The notes under the pieces: generated by a model | The model's input: the letters and a program-made list of their open reading frames with translations, nothing else | What the model was told of the DNA's origin: nothing | The model's database searches: none | Shown: positions 26,572 through 35,008 of the stretch, one piece after another | Layout of the letters: every line of letters starts with the position of its first letter | Position numbering within the stretch: position 1 is the stretch's first letter | Sequence record: LC819007.1 | Direction: 5' to 3' (one strand) | Length of the DNA: 64,000 nt | Position numbers and translations under genes: made by a program

Positions 26572-27451
26572 ACGGATACTGGATGGCCGGGTGGAACTCC
26601 GTGTACTTCACTTCGAAGTCATTCACCGTCACCCACGTTTCGACGTCTTCCAACGTCTTGATATCCGGGTTGATGTCGATGGTCGGCTCAGCCAGGATCG
26701 GGCGGTCCAGTTGTTCCTGCACCAGTTCCAGCTGATTGCCGTAGATGTGGCAGTTCACGTTGCGGTGATACGCGAACTTCGGGTTCTTGCCCGTGATCTG
26801 CGCCATCAAACGCAACAGCAGCCACACCTGCACCATGTTCGCGACCGTCCCCAGCGGCCAGTCCGACGAACGCTGTGTCGAGTTCAGATACAGGTCGTTG
26901 CCGAGCAGCGAGAACTGGTGTTCGTACATGCACGGACGCAGACAGCCGAGATGGAACATGCCCGGATTCCAGAACGTGATGATTTCACCACGATCGTCAA
27001 CGCCCTTTTTCAGGTTGTTGTAGACCTTCTTGAAAAGATCCACGCTACCCCGCGCGTCTTCCAGCGTGAGCGGTTCAGTCGGCCAGTTCTTGGCGACAGC
27101 GCCGTAGATCAAGCCGAGGTCGTCTTCGCCTTGGCGATTCGGGTTGGCCAGCCACGAAGCATTTTCGTTGGCATTGGCATCCCACGACTTCGTGCCGAGC
27201 GCACGCATCTGGGCGGCTGAGGTCACGCCCTTGATATACCCCAGCATCTCAGCGATCGGCAGCTTCACCGGTGCTTTGCGCGTCGTGACGATCGGTGCCT
27301 TGTTGCTGGTGGCGTCGTACGTCATGTCGATGTTGATAATCGTCCGGCAGTTGATGCCAGTACGGGCATTCGGCAAGTCAACGCCGTGCTCGTAAATGTG
27401 CTGCAAACCTGCGAGGTACTGCATTTCTGCGCGATCGATAGCGTGGGACAT
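26561..27451 (-). CDS. thyA: thymidylate synthase
   Basis: RTG, P.VTTRK, LGLIYG, WNP, LRPC (catalytic Cys), QRSSD.PLG...N, HIYGNQ motifs; start at MSHAIDR. Confidence 0.95.
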   Translation of the reverse strand: MSHAIDRAEMQYLAGLQHIYEHGVDLPNARTGINCRTIINIDMTYDATSNKAPIVTTRKAPVKLPIAEMLGYIKGVTSAAQMRALGTKSWDANANENASWLANPNRQGEDDLGLIYGAVAKNWPTEPLTLEDARGSVDLFKKVYNNLKKGVDDRGEIITFWNPGMFHLGCLRPCMYEHQFSLLGNDLYLNSTQRSSDWPLGTVANMVQVWLLLRLMAQITGKNPKFAYHRNVNCHIYGNQLELVQEQLDRPILAEPTIDINPDIKTLEDVETWVTVNDFEVKYTEFHPAIQYPFAV

Positions 27452-27542
27452 GGCTGTGATGACAAAAAAATAAAAGGTTGGAATTCGGGAGAAGCAGCGC
27501 GAAGCTGCTCCTCTCCACATACAACCTTCAAGGCGGTAATTT

Positions 27543-27914
27543 TTAGTGGTCGATGTACTCGAACACGAAAGGCGCGCAACAGAGCACTACGATCAGCAAC
27601 ACCACGCCTAAAAGGGCGAGTGTCGGGAAGCCTTGCTTCTTCCACTCCAGCGGGCCTTCCATGAATTCCGGCTTGATATCTTCAGCCGTCGGCCCACGCG
27701 CGCCACGCGTCCCGGCCATGGCCTGATAGACCGTAGCGGGGAGCGGATCGGGTTCTCTCGGCGTGTCGATGGTCAGGATACCTAACACGTGGTGAAGTTC
27801 TGCGATCTGCTCTTGCGTCGGTGGCTTCTTCGGTGTACCGTCTGGATTGAAGCAGTAGAAGCCTCCCTCGCAACCGATTGACGAACAACCACCGGGCTTG
27901 CAGGTTTCTTTCAC
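27543..27914 (-). CDS. hypothetical protein with C-terminal TM helix
   Basis: GTG start after GGAG; N-terminal C..C....C...C cluster; hydrophobic C-terminus. Confidence 0.65.
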   Translation of the reverse strand: MKETCKPGGCSSIGCEGGFYCFNPDGTPKKPPTQEQIAELHHVLGILTIDTPREPDPLPATVYQAMAGTRGARGPTAEDIKPEFMEGPLEWKKQGFPTLALLGVVLLIVVLCCAPFVFEYIDH

Positions 27915-27915
27915 G

Positions 27916-28398
27916 TTAGCTCTCCAGGTTATCCATCATGAATCGGACTTTTGGCAGCTTGCCTTCCTTATCCAGGAAAGCGAGCCAGATCTGGTTTTCC
28001 TTGTAGCCAACCCAGATGTCAGCCATCGGCTTCATGACCGTCGCATGGGCGTCCTGGAACTCCGGCAGGTCACCCACATAGCAGTTCAGCTCGTACCTCG
28101 CTTTGAACTCCTCGCGATCGGGCTCCGGGGAATGACAGATGGCTTGTGCAATCAGTCCGAAAAGCGCGTGGACATCCGGATGATCCAGATGGAAGTTGGC
28201 ACGCACCAACTCCCGGCCCGACAGTTCTTCCGTCGAGGTGAACGTGAAGGTAATCAGCCCGGTCATCGCGTGAGGTGTCGACATCGACAGCCAGTTGATC
28301 TTGCCATCAACGATAGCCTTCAGCGGTGCGTGGAACATGTCGTTCTGTTTGAACAGTTCGAGCACACCGGCCGTGGCCATAACTTGCGGAATGCGCAT
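27916..28398 (-). CDS. hypothetical protein (MRIPQVMATAG...)
   Basis: AAGGAG RBS; start reset from track ORF. Confidence 0.7.
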   Translation of the reverse strand: MRIPQVMATAGVLELFKQNDMFHAPLKAIVDGKINWLSMSTPHAMTGLITFTFTSTEELSGRELVRANFHLDHPDVHALFGLIAQAICHSPEPDREEFKARYELNCYVGDLPEFQDAHATVMKPMADIWVGYKENQIWLAFLDKEGKLPKVRFMMDNLES

Positions 28399-28408
28399 TA
28401 CTCTCTCC

Positions 28409-28777
28409 TTAGCGGCTACGTTCCCAACGACCTTGTTCCCACCAGCGACGACCACGCTTGTAACGCGATCCACCACCCGTATCCGGCTCTTCCTGAGTGT
28501 CCTGTGCAGGCATCGCTTCGTACGAGATCTCCGGGTCACCGACAAGCTTCGTGCCTTCCGGGAACACTGCGTACACACCACCGTTCTCGTTCTGGAAGAC
28601 CCGGCCCATGCAGTATCCGCGCACGCCGTCGTTCTCGATCGGACCAAAGGCTTCCATATCGAAACGCTCGATCGGCCACTTCTGTTTCGCGGCACTGGCT
28701 TGCGGCGCTTCGGGAGGCGGTGCTGCAGCCGCGGCTTGCCGGGCAAGCTTTTCCCGGTGACTCTTCTTACTGCTCAT
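28409..28777 (-). CDS. hypothetical protein
   Basis: 122-aa ORF, GGAG RBS. Confidence 0.65.
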   Translation of the reverse strand: MSSKKSHREKLARQAAAAAPPPEAPQASAAKQKWPIERFDMEAFGPIENDGVRGYCMGRVFQNENGGVYAVFPEGTKLVGDPEISYEAMPAQDTQEEPDTGGGSRYKRGRRWWEQGRWERSR

Positions 28778-28789
28778 TATTGTTCTCCG

Positions 28790-29110
28790 TTACTGGATAT
28801 TGAAGAAGATGCAAACGCTGTGAATGAATTCGAAGAACGAGTCCTGGAACTCCAGCCACGTATGCGGCGGCTGGTGATACACGTTCAGATGCCCGATGAG
28901 GATCGCATTGCCGAGCACGAAACCGACAACCGCCATAGCCACGACCACCAGGAACCAATCGATCACTTTGTTCCAGCGCTTCATGCGACGGAAACGCATC
29001 ACGGTCTTGGCTTGCGCACGGCGCAGTGTGGTGCGACGCAGGATGTCGGTGAGGGAATGGTCGTCGGGATTGAATTGCGTGATCAACTGCTTTTGCGAAG
29101 TGCGGAGCAT
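28790..29110 (-). CDS. membrane protein (MLRTSQKQL...)
   Basis: GAGG RBS; hydrophobic helix VIDWFLVVVAMAVVGFVLGNAILI. Confidence 0.65.
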   Translation of the reverse strand: MLRTSQKQLITQFNPDDHSLTDILRRTTLRRAQAKTVMRFRRMKRWNKVIDWFLVVVAMAVVGFVLGNAILIGHLNVYHQPPHTWLEFQDSFFEFIHSVCIFFNIQ

Positions 29111-29133
29111 GATGGCCTCATTTAAGTTATAGC

Positions 29134-29172
29134 GGCATAAAAGACAGATCCAGGTAAAACCCGGATCTGTCT
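29134..29172 (-). terminator. intrinsic terminator-like hairpin
   Basis: AGACAGATCC/GGATCTGTCT 10-bp stem with TTTTATGCC tail on minus strand. Confidence 0.75.
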
Positions 29173-29177
29173 CGTCT

Positions 29178-29939
29178 TTACTGCGTAATTCCCAGATACT
29201 CTTCCATACTGACGTGCGGAAGACGGAGCATCGAGTTCCTGTAATACAAGGAGTCGATGTTCGAGATACGGCTGAGTACGACTTCACCCGCTTCAAGATG
29301 CCCCTTGGAGTGTCGCGTGATGTACAACATGGCCTTGTGCTCGGATTCAAACTCTTGGGCCAGATTCCGGATTTCCCAATGGCTGATATCAGTCAGCCCG
29401 TGGTGTTTCAGGAAGTAATACATGGCCCGGTTTGCATTCGGGATGGTTTTGAGCACGTAGTTGTTGAACGTCAGCATACGCTGACTGATGCGGGCAGCGA
29501 CTTTCTCCGGCTCGATCGATGCGATCTCCTCGAAGTAGTACATTGCACCGGTTTCCCGATGGCGCATCTGCCACACGGTGAAGCGGATCTTCTCTTCACC
29601 GGGTAGAACACGATACGCTCCGCCGCGATTCGGACTCGGACGCTTAAACAGTACACCGCGTTCCGAGAGGTGGCTCAATACCGCACGACTGGACAAGTAC
29701 AGCGCGTCCTTCGTGTCTTTGGGTATCTCTGCCATAAAGAGGAGCACTTCGGAAGGATTCGTTTTGAGCAATTCCTTCAGAAGGTTCGGGTAGTTGTTCT
29801 TACTCCGTTGCGCACGACAGTTGCGCATGGCCCGCACAAAGCTTTTCCCCGTTGCCTGGTGCGTGTAAATGTAGATGCCAGGGCCACTATAGAGCACTTG
29901 ACCCGTAACCGCACGAAACTTGTAGCCCGCGATTTGCAT
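29178..29939 (-). CDS. hypothetical protein, degenerate GIY-YIG-like
   Basis: GPGIYIYTHQATGKSFV and a second similar strand pattern VWQMRHRETGAMYYF. Confidence 0.5.
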   Translation of the reverse strand: MQIAGYKFRAVTGQVLYSGPGIYIYTHQATGKSFVRAMRNCRAQRSKNNYPNLLKELLKTNPSEVLLFMAEIPKDTKDALYLSSRAVLSHLSERGVLFKRPSPNRGGAYRVLPGEEKIRFTVWQMRHRETGAMYYFEEIASIEPEKVAARISQRMLTFNNYVLKTIPNANRAMYYFLKHHGLTDISHWEIRNLAQEFESEHKAMLYITRHSKGHLEAGEVVLSRISNIDSLYYRNSMLRLPHVSMEEYLGITQ

Positions 29940-30078
29940 GATAAGACGTACAGACAGTAAATGTTTTATTGATTAAGCCTAACAGCCGACATAATGGTCT
30001 GGTCATGCCGGCTCCCTACTGATCACACCAACAATTCAACGCAAACTGTCAGTGTTTTCATAGCAATAGACAAGCGAC

Positions 30079-30762
30079 TTATCGCAGATGGGGAAACACC
30101 TCGGAGAGGGCTCCCGCGGCACGCACTTCCTTCGAGCCACGTTCCATAAACGAACCCATACGCTTGATGTTCAGCAGCTGATCACCCACGCCCTGGTGAG
30201 CCAGGCGACGCTTCGCATCTTCCAGTTCGGCCTCGACGACATTCGACCAGACAAAGTTCTTGCCGGTCTTGTCGGCACGCCAACCGTCTGAGGATTCCGT
30301 GTCCACTGCCCAGCTAGTCGGATACGGCAGCATGACGATGGCGATGCTCTCCACCACTTCGAGCAGATCCAGCAATGCCTGATCGCATTGCTTGCGCTTT
30401 TCCTGGATCAGTTCCAGTGACAGGGTATTGCTGAAAACGGTGAAGTAATAACCTGCGTAATCGTACGGCGAACGGTCTGCCAGAATCAGTCCCGGCGGAT
30501 GATTGCCCGCAGCGTCGTAACGCACACCGTTGTGGAGGCGTTCGATATTGTCGGCCATCACTTGGTGCTGAAACTTCCGGTTGAATTCCGGGTCCTTCAA
30601 AGCCTCACTTTCGTTAGTGAGACCGGCTCTGGCGTACGTCTCGCGTGTGGAGGAGTAATACGACATCGTGGTAATGCCACGTTGCGACGCCATCTTTCCA
30701 CACGTATCCATCAGGGTCGTTTTACCTACCGATCCCGCCCCTGCAAACATTAAGAGTTTCAT
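30079..30762 (-). CDS. P-loop nucleotide kinase-like protein (AAA_28/NadR-kinase-like)
   Basis: GAGSVGKTT Walker A; ILADRSPYD motif of NMP/dNK-type kinases. Confidence 0.7.
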   Translation of the reverse strand: MKLLMFAGAGSVGKTTLMDTCGKMASQRGITTMSYYSSTRETYARAGLTNESEALKDPEFNRKFQHQVMADNIERLHNGVRYDAAGNHPPGLILADRSPYDYAGYYFTVFSNTLSLELIQEKRKQCDQALLDLLEVVESIAIVMLPYPTSWAVDTESSDGWRADKTGKNFVWSNVVEAELEDAKRRLAHQGVGDQLLNIKRMGSFMERGSKEVRAAGALSEVFPHLR

Positions 30763-30917
30763 TGCTGATATGCTCGCTACAGTGACAAAACAAAAAAGAA
30801 GAAAGGTGACAAGCGTTCTGCTTGCTCACATAAGTTTTTAGCCGGTAAAAACTTCTTTCTTACTGTCACTGGAGCTTGGGGCAAAATAAAAGAGAGCCCG
30901 AAGGCCCTCTCCCCAGT

Positions 30918-31415
30918 TTAGGCCGCTTTGGCCCGCGCTTGTACTGCGAGAAGTGTGTTCGCCATGATCATGCGTATGGCTTCGATCCGATACTGATTGA
31001 ATGGATCAGGAGGGGCCGATTCGATCATCCGAATGGCATTACGAGGCAGTTCCCAGGTATAGTGCATCGCATCACCAACTGCATTGCGCAGGGTATTGTC
31101 GTAGCGATCCCATTCTGCCCGAAAGTGGTGGGTAGACGATCCGCGCCAGATCTTGCTGCGAGCCGAGGTACTCATCGGGTGGTCAGCGTTGACGATCAGC
31201 GGGAGCTTCTCGATATTGCGGATGCGAATACCAACTTTTTCAAGACACTCTTGTTGCAGAGTTTGAACGTGTGTAGCACCGGGCTCCACGCCACCACCGG
31301 GGAAGGTGTAGTAGGCGAGTCGTCCGTGTTGGTTCCACACTCTACCCAAACAGACGCGACCATTCTTGACGATGAGTACGCGCACTGTCTCACGCAGAGG
31401 AAGTTCTTTTTCCAT
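30918..31415 (-). CDS. NUDIX hydrolase
   Basis: FPGGGVEPGATHVQTLQQECLEKVG, a variant Nudix box; AAGGA RBS. Confidence 0.8.
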   Translation of the reverse strand: MEKELPLRETVRVLIVKNGRVCLGRVWNQHGRLAYYTFPGGGVEPGATHVQTLQQECLEKVGIRIRNIEKLPLIVNADHPMSTSARSKIWRGSSTHHFRAEWDRYDNTLRNAVGDAMHYTWELPRNAIRMIESAPPDPFNQYRIEAIRMIMANTLLAVQARAKAA

Positions 31416-31475
31416 GACATTCCTTCTTACTGGGGGGGTTAAGGGAGGGGGCGTTCTATACCACAACCCAAAGAT

Positions 31476-31491
31476 GTGATATGTAGTTAAA
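31476..31491 (-). promoter_or_regulatory. putative early phage promoter (TTTAACTACATATCAC)
   Basis: Repeated motif, 60 nt upstream of the NUDIX start. Confidence 0.6.
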
Positions 31492-31520
31492 TTTGTCTTG
31501 AGGCCAAAAAATAAAGACGG

Positions 31521-31555
31521 TCATAAGCGGAGCAGGGTTTCCCCTGCTCCGTATG
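31521..31555 (-). terminator. intrinsic terminator-like hairpin
   Basis: CGGAGCAGGG/CCCTGCTCCG stem flanked by CATAA and TATGC. Confidence 0.75.
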
Positions 31556-31559
31556 CTGC

Positions 31560-31814
31560 TTAGAGCGGCATCAAGCCTTCTTTCTCAATCCACTTGGCGA
31601 GATCCATCCAGGTGTTGAAAGTTTCGTCTTCACGAATCAGAACGAAACCCGTACCAGGATGAATCCGACCCTTAGAGCGAGTCAGTGCTTCCCGGCGATC
31701 AATGCGGGTGTCGCACTTGATTCCGCAGTAATCCAGTATGGCTTTGCACGCCACGTAGTTATTGTCAACTGTGACGTGTTCGCTACAGGCGATGAAGTGG
31801 AAGCCGAGTCTCAT
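31560..31814 (-). CDS. small hypothetical protein
   Basis: 84 aa, ATGA overlap with upstream stop. Confidence 0.7.
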   Translation of the reverse strand: MRLGFHFIACSEHVTVDNNYVACKAILDYCGIKCDTRIDRREALTRSKGRIHPGTGFVLIREDETFNTWMDLAKWIEKEGLMPL

Positions 31815-32002
31815 TTCAGTTCTGCATCCAGGACACCGGCCAACTGATACAACGTAGCCGCAGCCTGTTGTGCCTGCATAGCTGCTGCGCGAATGGACTG
31901 AACGTCCACTGCGTCGGGCGCCGGATACGTTTCCAGAATATCCAGCCCTTGCTTGAGGTGGCTGTGGGCGTCTTTCAGATACAACTCTTTCTTGCGGGCC
32001 AT
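31811..32002 (-). CDS. small hypothetical protein (MARKKELYLKD...)
   Basis: AAGGAG RBS before ATG 32002. Confidence 0.7.
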   Translation of the reverse strand: MARKKELYLKDAHSHLKQGLDILETYPAPDAVDVQSIRAAAMQAQQAAATLYQLAGVLDAELK

Positions 32003-32087
32003 TCTCAATTCTCCTTGTCTTGACAAAAAATAAAAGCTGTAGTTAAAAAGCCCAGGGAGCCATCCCCGAGCTTTTGTGCCGCTGATC

Positions 32088-32423
32088 TTAAGCCAGCGCG
32101 GAACGCCAGAGCGGCGTACCTTTGCCGTTCGCATACAGCTCTTTGTAGTCGTCGAGCTGGTAGCAGTAGTGGTTGCCGTCGATCTTCAGTTCGAGGTGCG
32201 TGGCGATGATGCCCATCTTGTCGATCTGACGTTTCAGGCGACGCCACGTGGCGTAGTTCATGCCGCGCTTCAGGAGCTTCGGCTTGTCGATGATCACGGG
32301 CACGCGCAGGCTGGTGTTGCCGTTGGATGCGCTCTTGTCAATCCAGAGCACGCCGTGGCGGGAAGCTTCATCAGCTTGCGGGTTGATGCCGAGGTTGACA
32401 CGTTGTTCGGTGAGAAAGTTCAT
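32088..32423 (-). CDS. hypothetical protein (MNFLTEQRV...)
   Basis: AAGGAG RBS. Confidence 0.75.
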   Translation of the reverse strand: MNFLTEQRVNLGINPQADEASRHGVLWIDKSASNGNTSLRVPVIIDKPKLLKRGMNYATWRRLKRQIDKMGIIATHLELKIDGNHYCYQLDDYKELYANGKGTPLWRSALA

Positions 32424-32436
32424 GTTGTTTGTCTCC

Positions 32437-32838
32437 TTACTGAGCCGGGGCGAGTGCTGCGACGTTGTCCACCTTCGAGAGGACATCACCACGTTCTGCA
32501 ACGCGGCGTTCGTCGCTGAGCAAGTCAGCGGGCTTGATGTTCGTTGCGGTAGCCAAGACCTTGCCGTAGCTGGTCAGGGCGGTGGGGATGAAGCCTTGAG
32601 CGCGGGCTTCTTCCCAGATGTATTCGAAAATGCGCGGCGTGAGAGCCGGCGGTTCGGTCGTGCCGATGAACACGAAGCGCACGTCCTGGTCCTTGAGACC
32701 TTGGGTGACGTGGCTGGCACGCAGGGTGCCGTGTTCGCCGTAGATGTTGGCTTCCTTGTGGAAGGCGAGCTTCAGATCGACGACTTCGATAGACTTGCCG
32801 AACAGGTTGCGGGCGATTTGGCGGCCGAGGTTCTTCAT
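32437..32838 (-). CDS. hypothetical protein (MKNLGRQIAR...)
   Basis: AAGGA RBS, promoter-like motif upstream. Confidence 0.75.
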   Translation of the reverse strand: MKNLGRQIARNLFGKSIEVVDLKLAFHKEANIYGEHGTLRASHVTQGLKDQDVRFVFIGTTEPPALTPRIFEYIWEEARAQGFIPTALTSYGKVLATATNIKPADLLSDERRVAERGDVLSKVDNVAALAPAQ

Positions 32839-32920
32839 GGTTGAATCCTTTAATTTAGATTTGGAGGGAAAAATAAAAGACATCAGAACAAGACAAATTC
32901 ACTCTCTTAATACTAAGAGC

Positions 32921-32937
32921 GTAATATGCCTTTGAAA
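32921..32937 (-). promoter_or_regulatory. putative early phage promoter (TTTCAAAGGCATATTAC)
   Basis: CATATTAC core in AT-rich intergenic DNA. Confidence 0.5.
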
Positions 32938-33004
32938 TTCTATTGATTTCAATTTCAAAGGCATACTAGACGGCCTGCCTCCGAAGAAGCAGGCCGCACT
33001 GACC

Positions 33005-33151
33005 TTAGGTGGTCAGCGTGTACGTCGGGCGTTTCACACGCTCGTGGTGATCACCCTGGTCATCCCAGTGAGTGGTCAAGCCGTTGAGCGCGATATACGC
33101 GAGCAGGAGACCAGCGATAACGGTGGCCGGATGCTTGAGGAATTTCTTCAT
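33005..33151 (-). CDS. small single-pass membrane protein (MKKFLKHPATVIAGLLLAYIALNG...)
   Basis: Manually translated 48-aa ORF; not in ORF track. Confidence 0.6.
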   Translation of the reverse strand: MKKFLKHPATVIAGLLLAYIALNGLTTHWDDQGDHHERVKRPTYTLTT

Positions 33152-33154
33152 TGC

Positions 33155-33364
33155 TTAGAAACGGAAGTACATCTTGGAAGGACGTGCACGGTACTGATAC
33201 TCGTAGTCATACGTCGAGTAGTACGTCGTGGTGGTCGTGGTGGTCGGCAGGAAGCAGCAGATCAGGATGATCGCGAACATCGTACCGAACACGACCGGGT
33301 CGAGAATGATCAGGGCAATAATCGCGACGAGGATCACGAGGCCCCAGAAAGTGTTCTTGCTCAT
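33155..33364 (-). CDS. small two-TM membrane protein with Thr/Tyr-rich tail
   Basis: 69 aa, AGGA RBS, PTTTTTTTYYSTYDYEYQY tail. Confidence 0.7.
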   Translation of the reverse strand: MSKNTFWGLVILVAIIALIILDPVVFGTMFAIILICCFLPTTTTTTTYYSTYDYEYQYRARPSKMYFRF

Positions 33365-33413
33365 TTATTGTTTTTCCTGTATCGGTGAAAGGAGTTGGCG
33401 TGGCTGGGTCCTT

Positions 33414-33638
33414 TTAGAACGCCCAGGTCTTTTCTTGCGGTTGGCAGAACGTCGTACCGAACAGCACGTCGATGAACGTGCAGATCAGTCCGAACACCAG
33501 CAGGCCACCGATAAAGATCACGATGGCTTGCAACAGCCAACCGATGAACGTACCGATGCCCGAGACGACGGCGGGGAGCGCCATCACCACCAACGCCAGA
33601 ATGGCGATGATGACGATGAAGCCCAGGAAGCTATTCAT
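33414..33638 (-). CDS. small membrane protein (MNSFLGFIV...)
   Basis: AAGGAG RBS; almost entirely hydrophobic. Confidence 0.7.
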   Translation of the reverse strand: MNSFLGFIVIIAILALVVMALPAVVSGIGTFIGWLLQAIVIFIGGLLVFGLICTFIDVLFGTTFCQPQEKTWAF

Positions 33639-33659
33639 TCCACTCTCCTTAGAGTAGGT

Positions 33660-33975
33660 TGCAAAAGCCCGTAATGCTGAATGCCCTGCAGGGTTCACAC
33701 TCAGCAATACGGGCGGACCGTATTGTCAGCTCTCGATAGGCTTGTCCTATAAGAGGATTGCGCACATGGTACAGCAGCCGTCAGTGTGCACCGGCCATAA
33801 CGTTTTGGTTCAGTCTGGTGACTGCGTGTTAGTTCTCTCAAACGCCGGAGCGTCAGTGGATCTTAAGTCCCGGATGCCGTCTAGTGGCACCTAACTAGGG
33901 GATACTCGTAAGGCAGGTTCTCCTTTGCCTTTGGCTTTCGTTGCAAGTGAAGCGACTGCCCCGCTTCGTAGGCTG
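33660..33975 (-). ncRNA. candidate structured non-coding RNA or long structured UTR
   Basis: About 320 nt with no self-contained ORF of 60 aa or more; at least six short inverted repeats; strand inferred from flanking genes. Confidence 0.3.
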
Positions 33976-33980
33976 CAGCC

Positions 33981-34391
33981 TTAGGCTGCTGCGGCGGCGC
34001 CGAGGTCCGGTGCTGCTGCGCGAGCGGCGACTTCTTCGACCAGCTTGGCCTTCATGCGGCGCACCGTCAGGTTGCCGATGATGTCACCGATGTTCCAGCC
34101 CACCACCATCGCACCGAGGTGACCGACGATGACGACCAGGTAGTGCAGCGCGATGGCCAGACCTTCTGCCAGACCGAGGCCAGCCAGGTAGGCGAGACCG
34201 AAGTGCATGCCCAGCGCGATGGCCGTGATGGCGGCGATGAACACCAGCGTCCAGAAAGCGATGCGCAGCCAGTAGGCCCAGAACGTGAGCGGTGCGTTGC
34301 GCTTCGCTTCGCGCTCGGCCTTCTTCGCTGCCTTCGCTGCTGCCTTGTCGTTGTTGGCGTTTGCGTTTGCGTTGTTTGCGTTCGTGTTCAT
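33981..34391 (-). CDS. two-TM membrane protein with Asn/Ala/Lys-rich N-terminus
   Basis: GAGGAG RBS before MNTNANNA; two long hydrophobic segments. Confidence 0.8.
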   Translation of the reverse strand: MNTNANNANANANNDKAAAKAAKKAEREAKRNAPLTFWAYWLRIAFWTLVFIAAITAIALGMHFGLAYLAGLGLAEGLAIALHYLVVIVGHLGAMVVGWNIGDIIGNLTVRRMKAKLVEEVAARAAAPDLGAAAAA

Positions 34392-34543
34392 GGTGAAGCT
34401 CCTCAAAAAGAGTTTGCACTACGGATGGATGGAAAAGCCGAAATGGCGCCAGCTCATTGGCCGACGTCCTTATTGCACGCTGCTGACAAAAACTAATCGC
34501 TTAGCTTCGGTCGCAGCCATGCTCTTATGCACACTACCCTGAG

Positions 34544-34551
34544 GCAATATG
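34544..34551 (-). promoter_or_regulatory. possible early promoter core (CATATTGC) inside an 11-bp inverted repeat
   Basis: Core match only; flanked by GCTCTTATGCA/TGCATAAGAGC. Confidence 0.35.
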
Positions 34552-34597
34552 CATAAGAGCAGCCACTACACTTGCGTGCAGTGGCAGTTGTGGTAGC

Positions 34598-34948
34598 TTA
34601 GCTACCGAGGCCCATCGCACGCATTGCGTGCTCAATGCTTTCACGAGCCTGACGCTTGGCGTGGTAGTTCTGGAGCAGTGCCCCGACCACGCCCAGAATC
34701 ACGCCAATCACCACGCACCAGAAGAGGTACGTGGATGTACCAGCCAGGTTGGTCCAACCCGACAACAGCAATACTGCAACCCAGAGGCCGTGAACGGCAT
34801 GGCGTTTGTCGTGCATTGCACGAGCGAATTCGTAACGCTTGCCGCGTTTCTTCGCCACCGCCAGACCGATGAGCGCGCCGGTGACCATCGCCACCGTGAA
34901 ACCGATGAGGCTGAAGAACGTGACATTGAAGGTGAGAATGTAGTTCAT
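34598..34948 (-). CDS. three-TM membrane protein
   Basis: 116 aa, AGGAG RBS, three hydrophobic segments. Confidence 0.75.
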   Translation of the reverse strand: MNYILTFNVTFFSLIGFTVAMVTGALIGLAVAKKRGKRYEFARAMHDKRHAVHGLWVAVLLLSGWTNLAGTSTYLFWCVVIGVILGVVGALLQNYHAKRQARESIEHAMRAMGLGS

Positions 34949-35008
34949 GGTAAAACTCCTGATTTAAAGTTAGATGTTTGAGCCACTTGCTTGGTATAGC
35001 TCAGATTA

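Noticed and set aside
26561-27451. Thymidylate synthase homologue as a possible base-modifying dCMP hydroxymethylase
   Set aside because: It keeps the Asn of the dUMP-specific motif (RSSD.PLG...N) and DHFR is present; I saw no glycosyltransferase or other modification genes nearby
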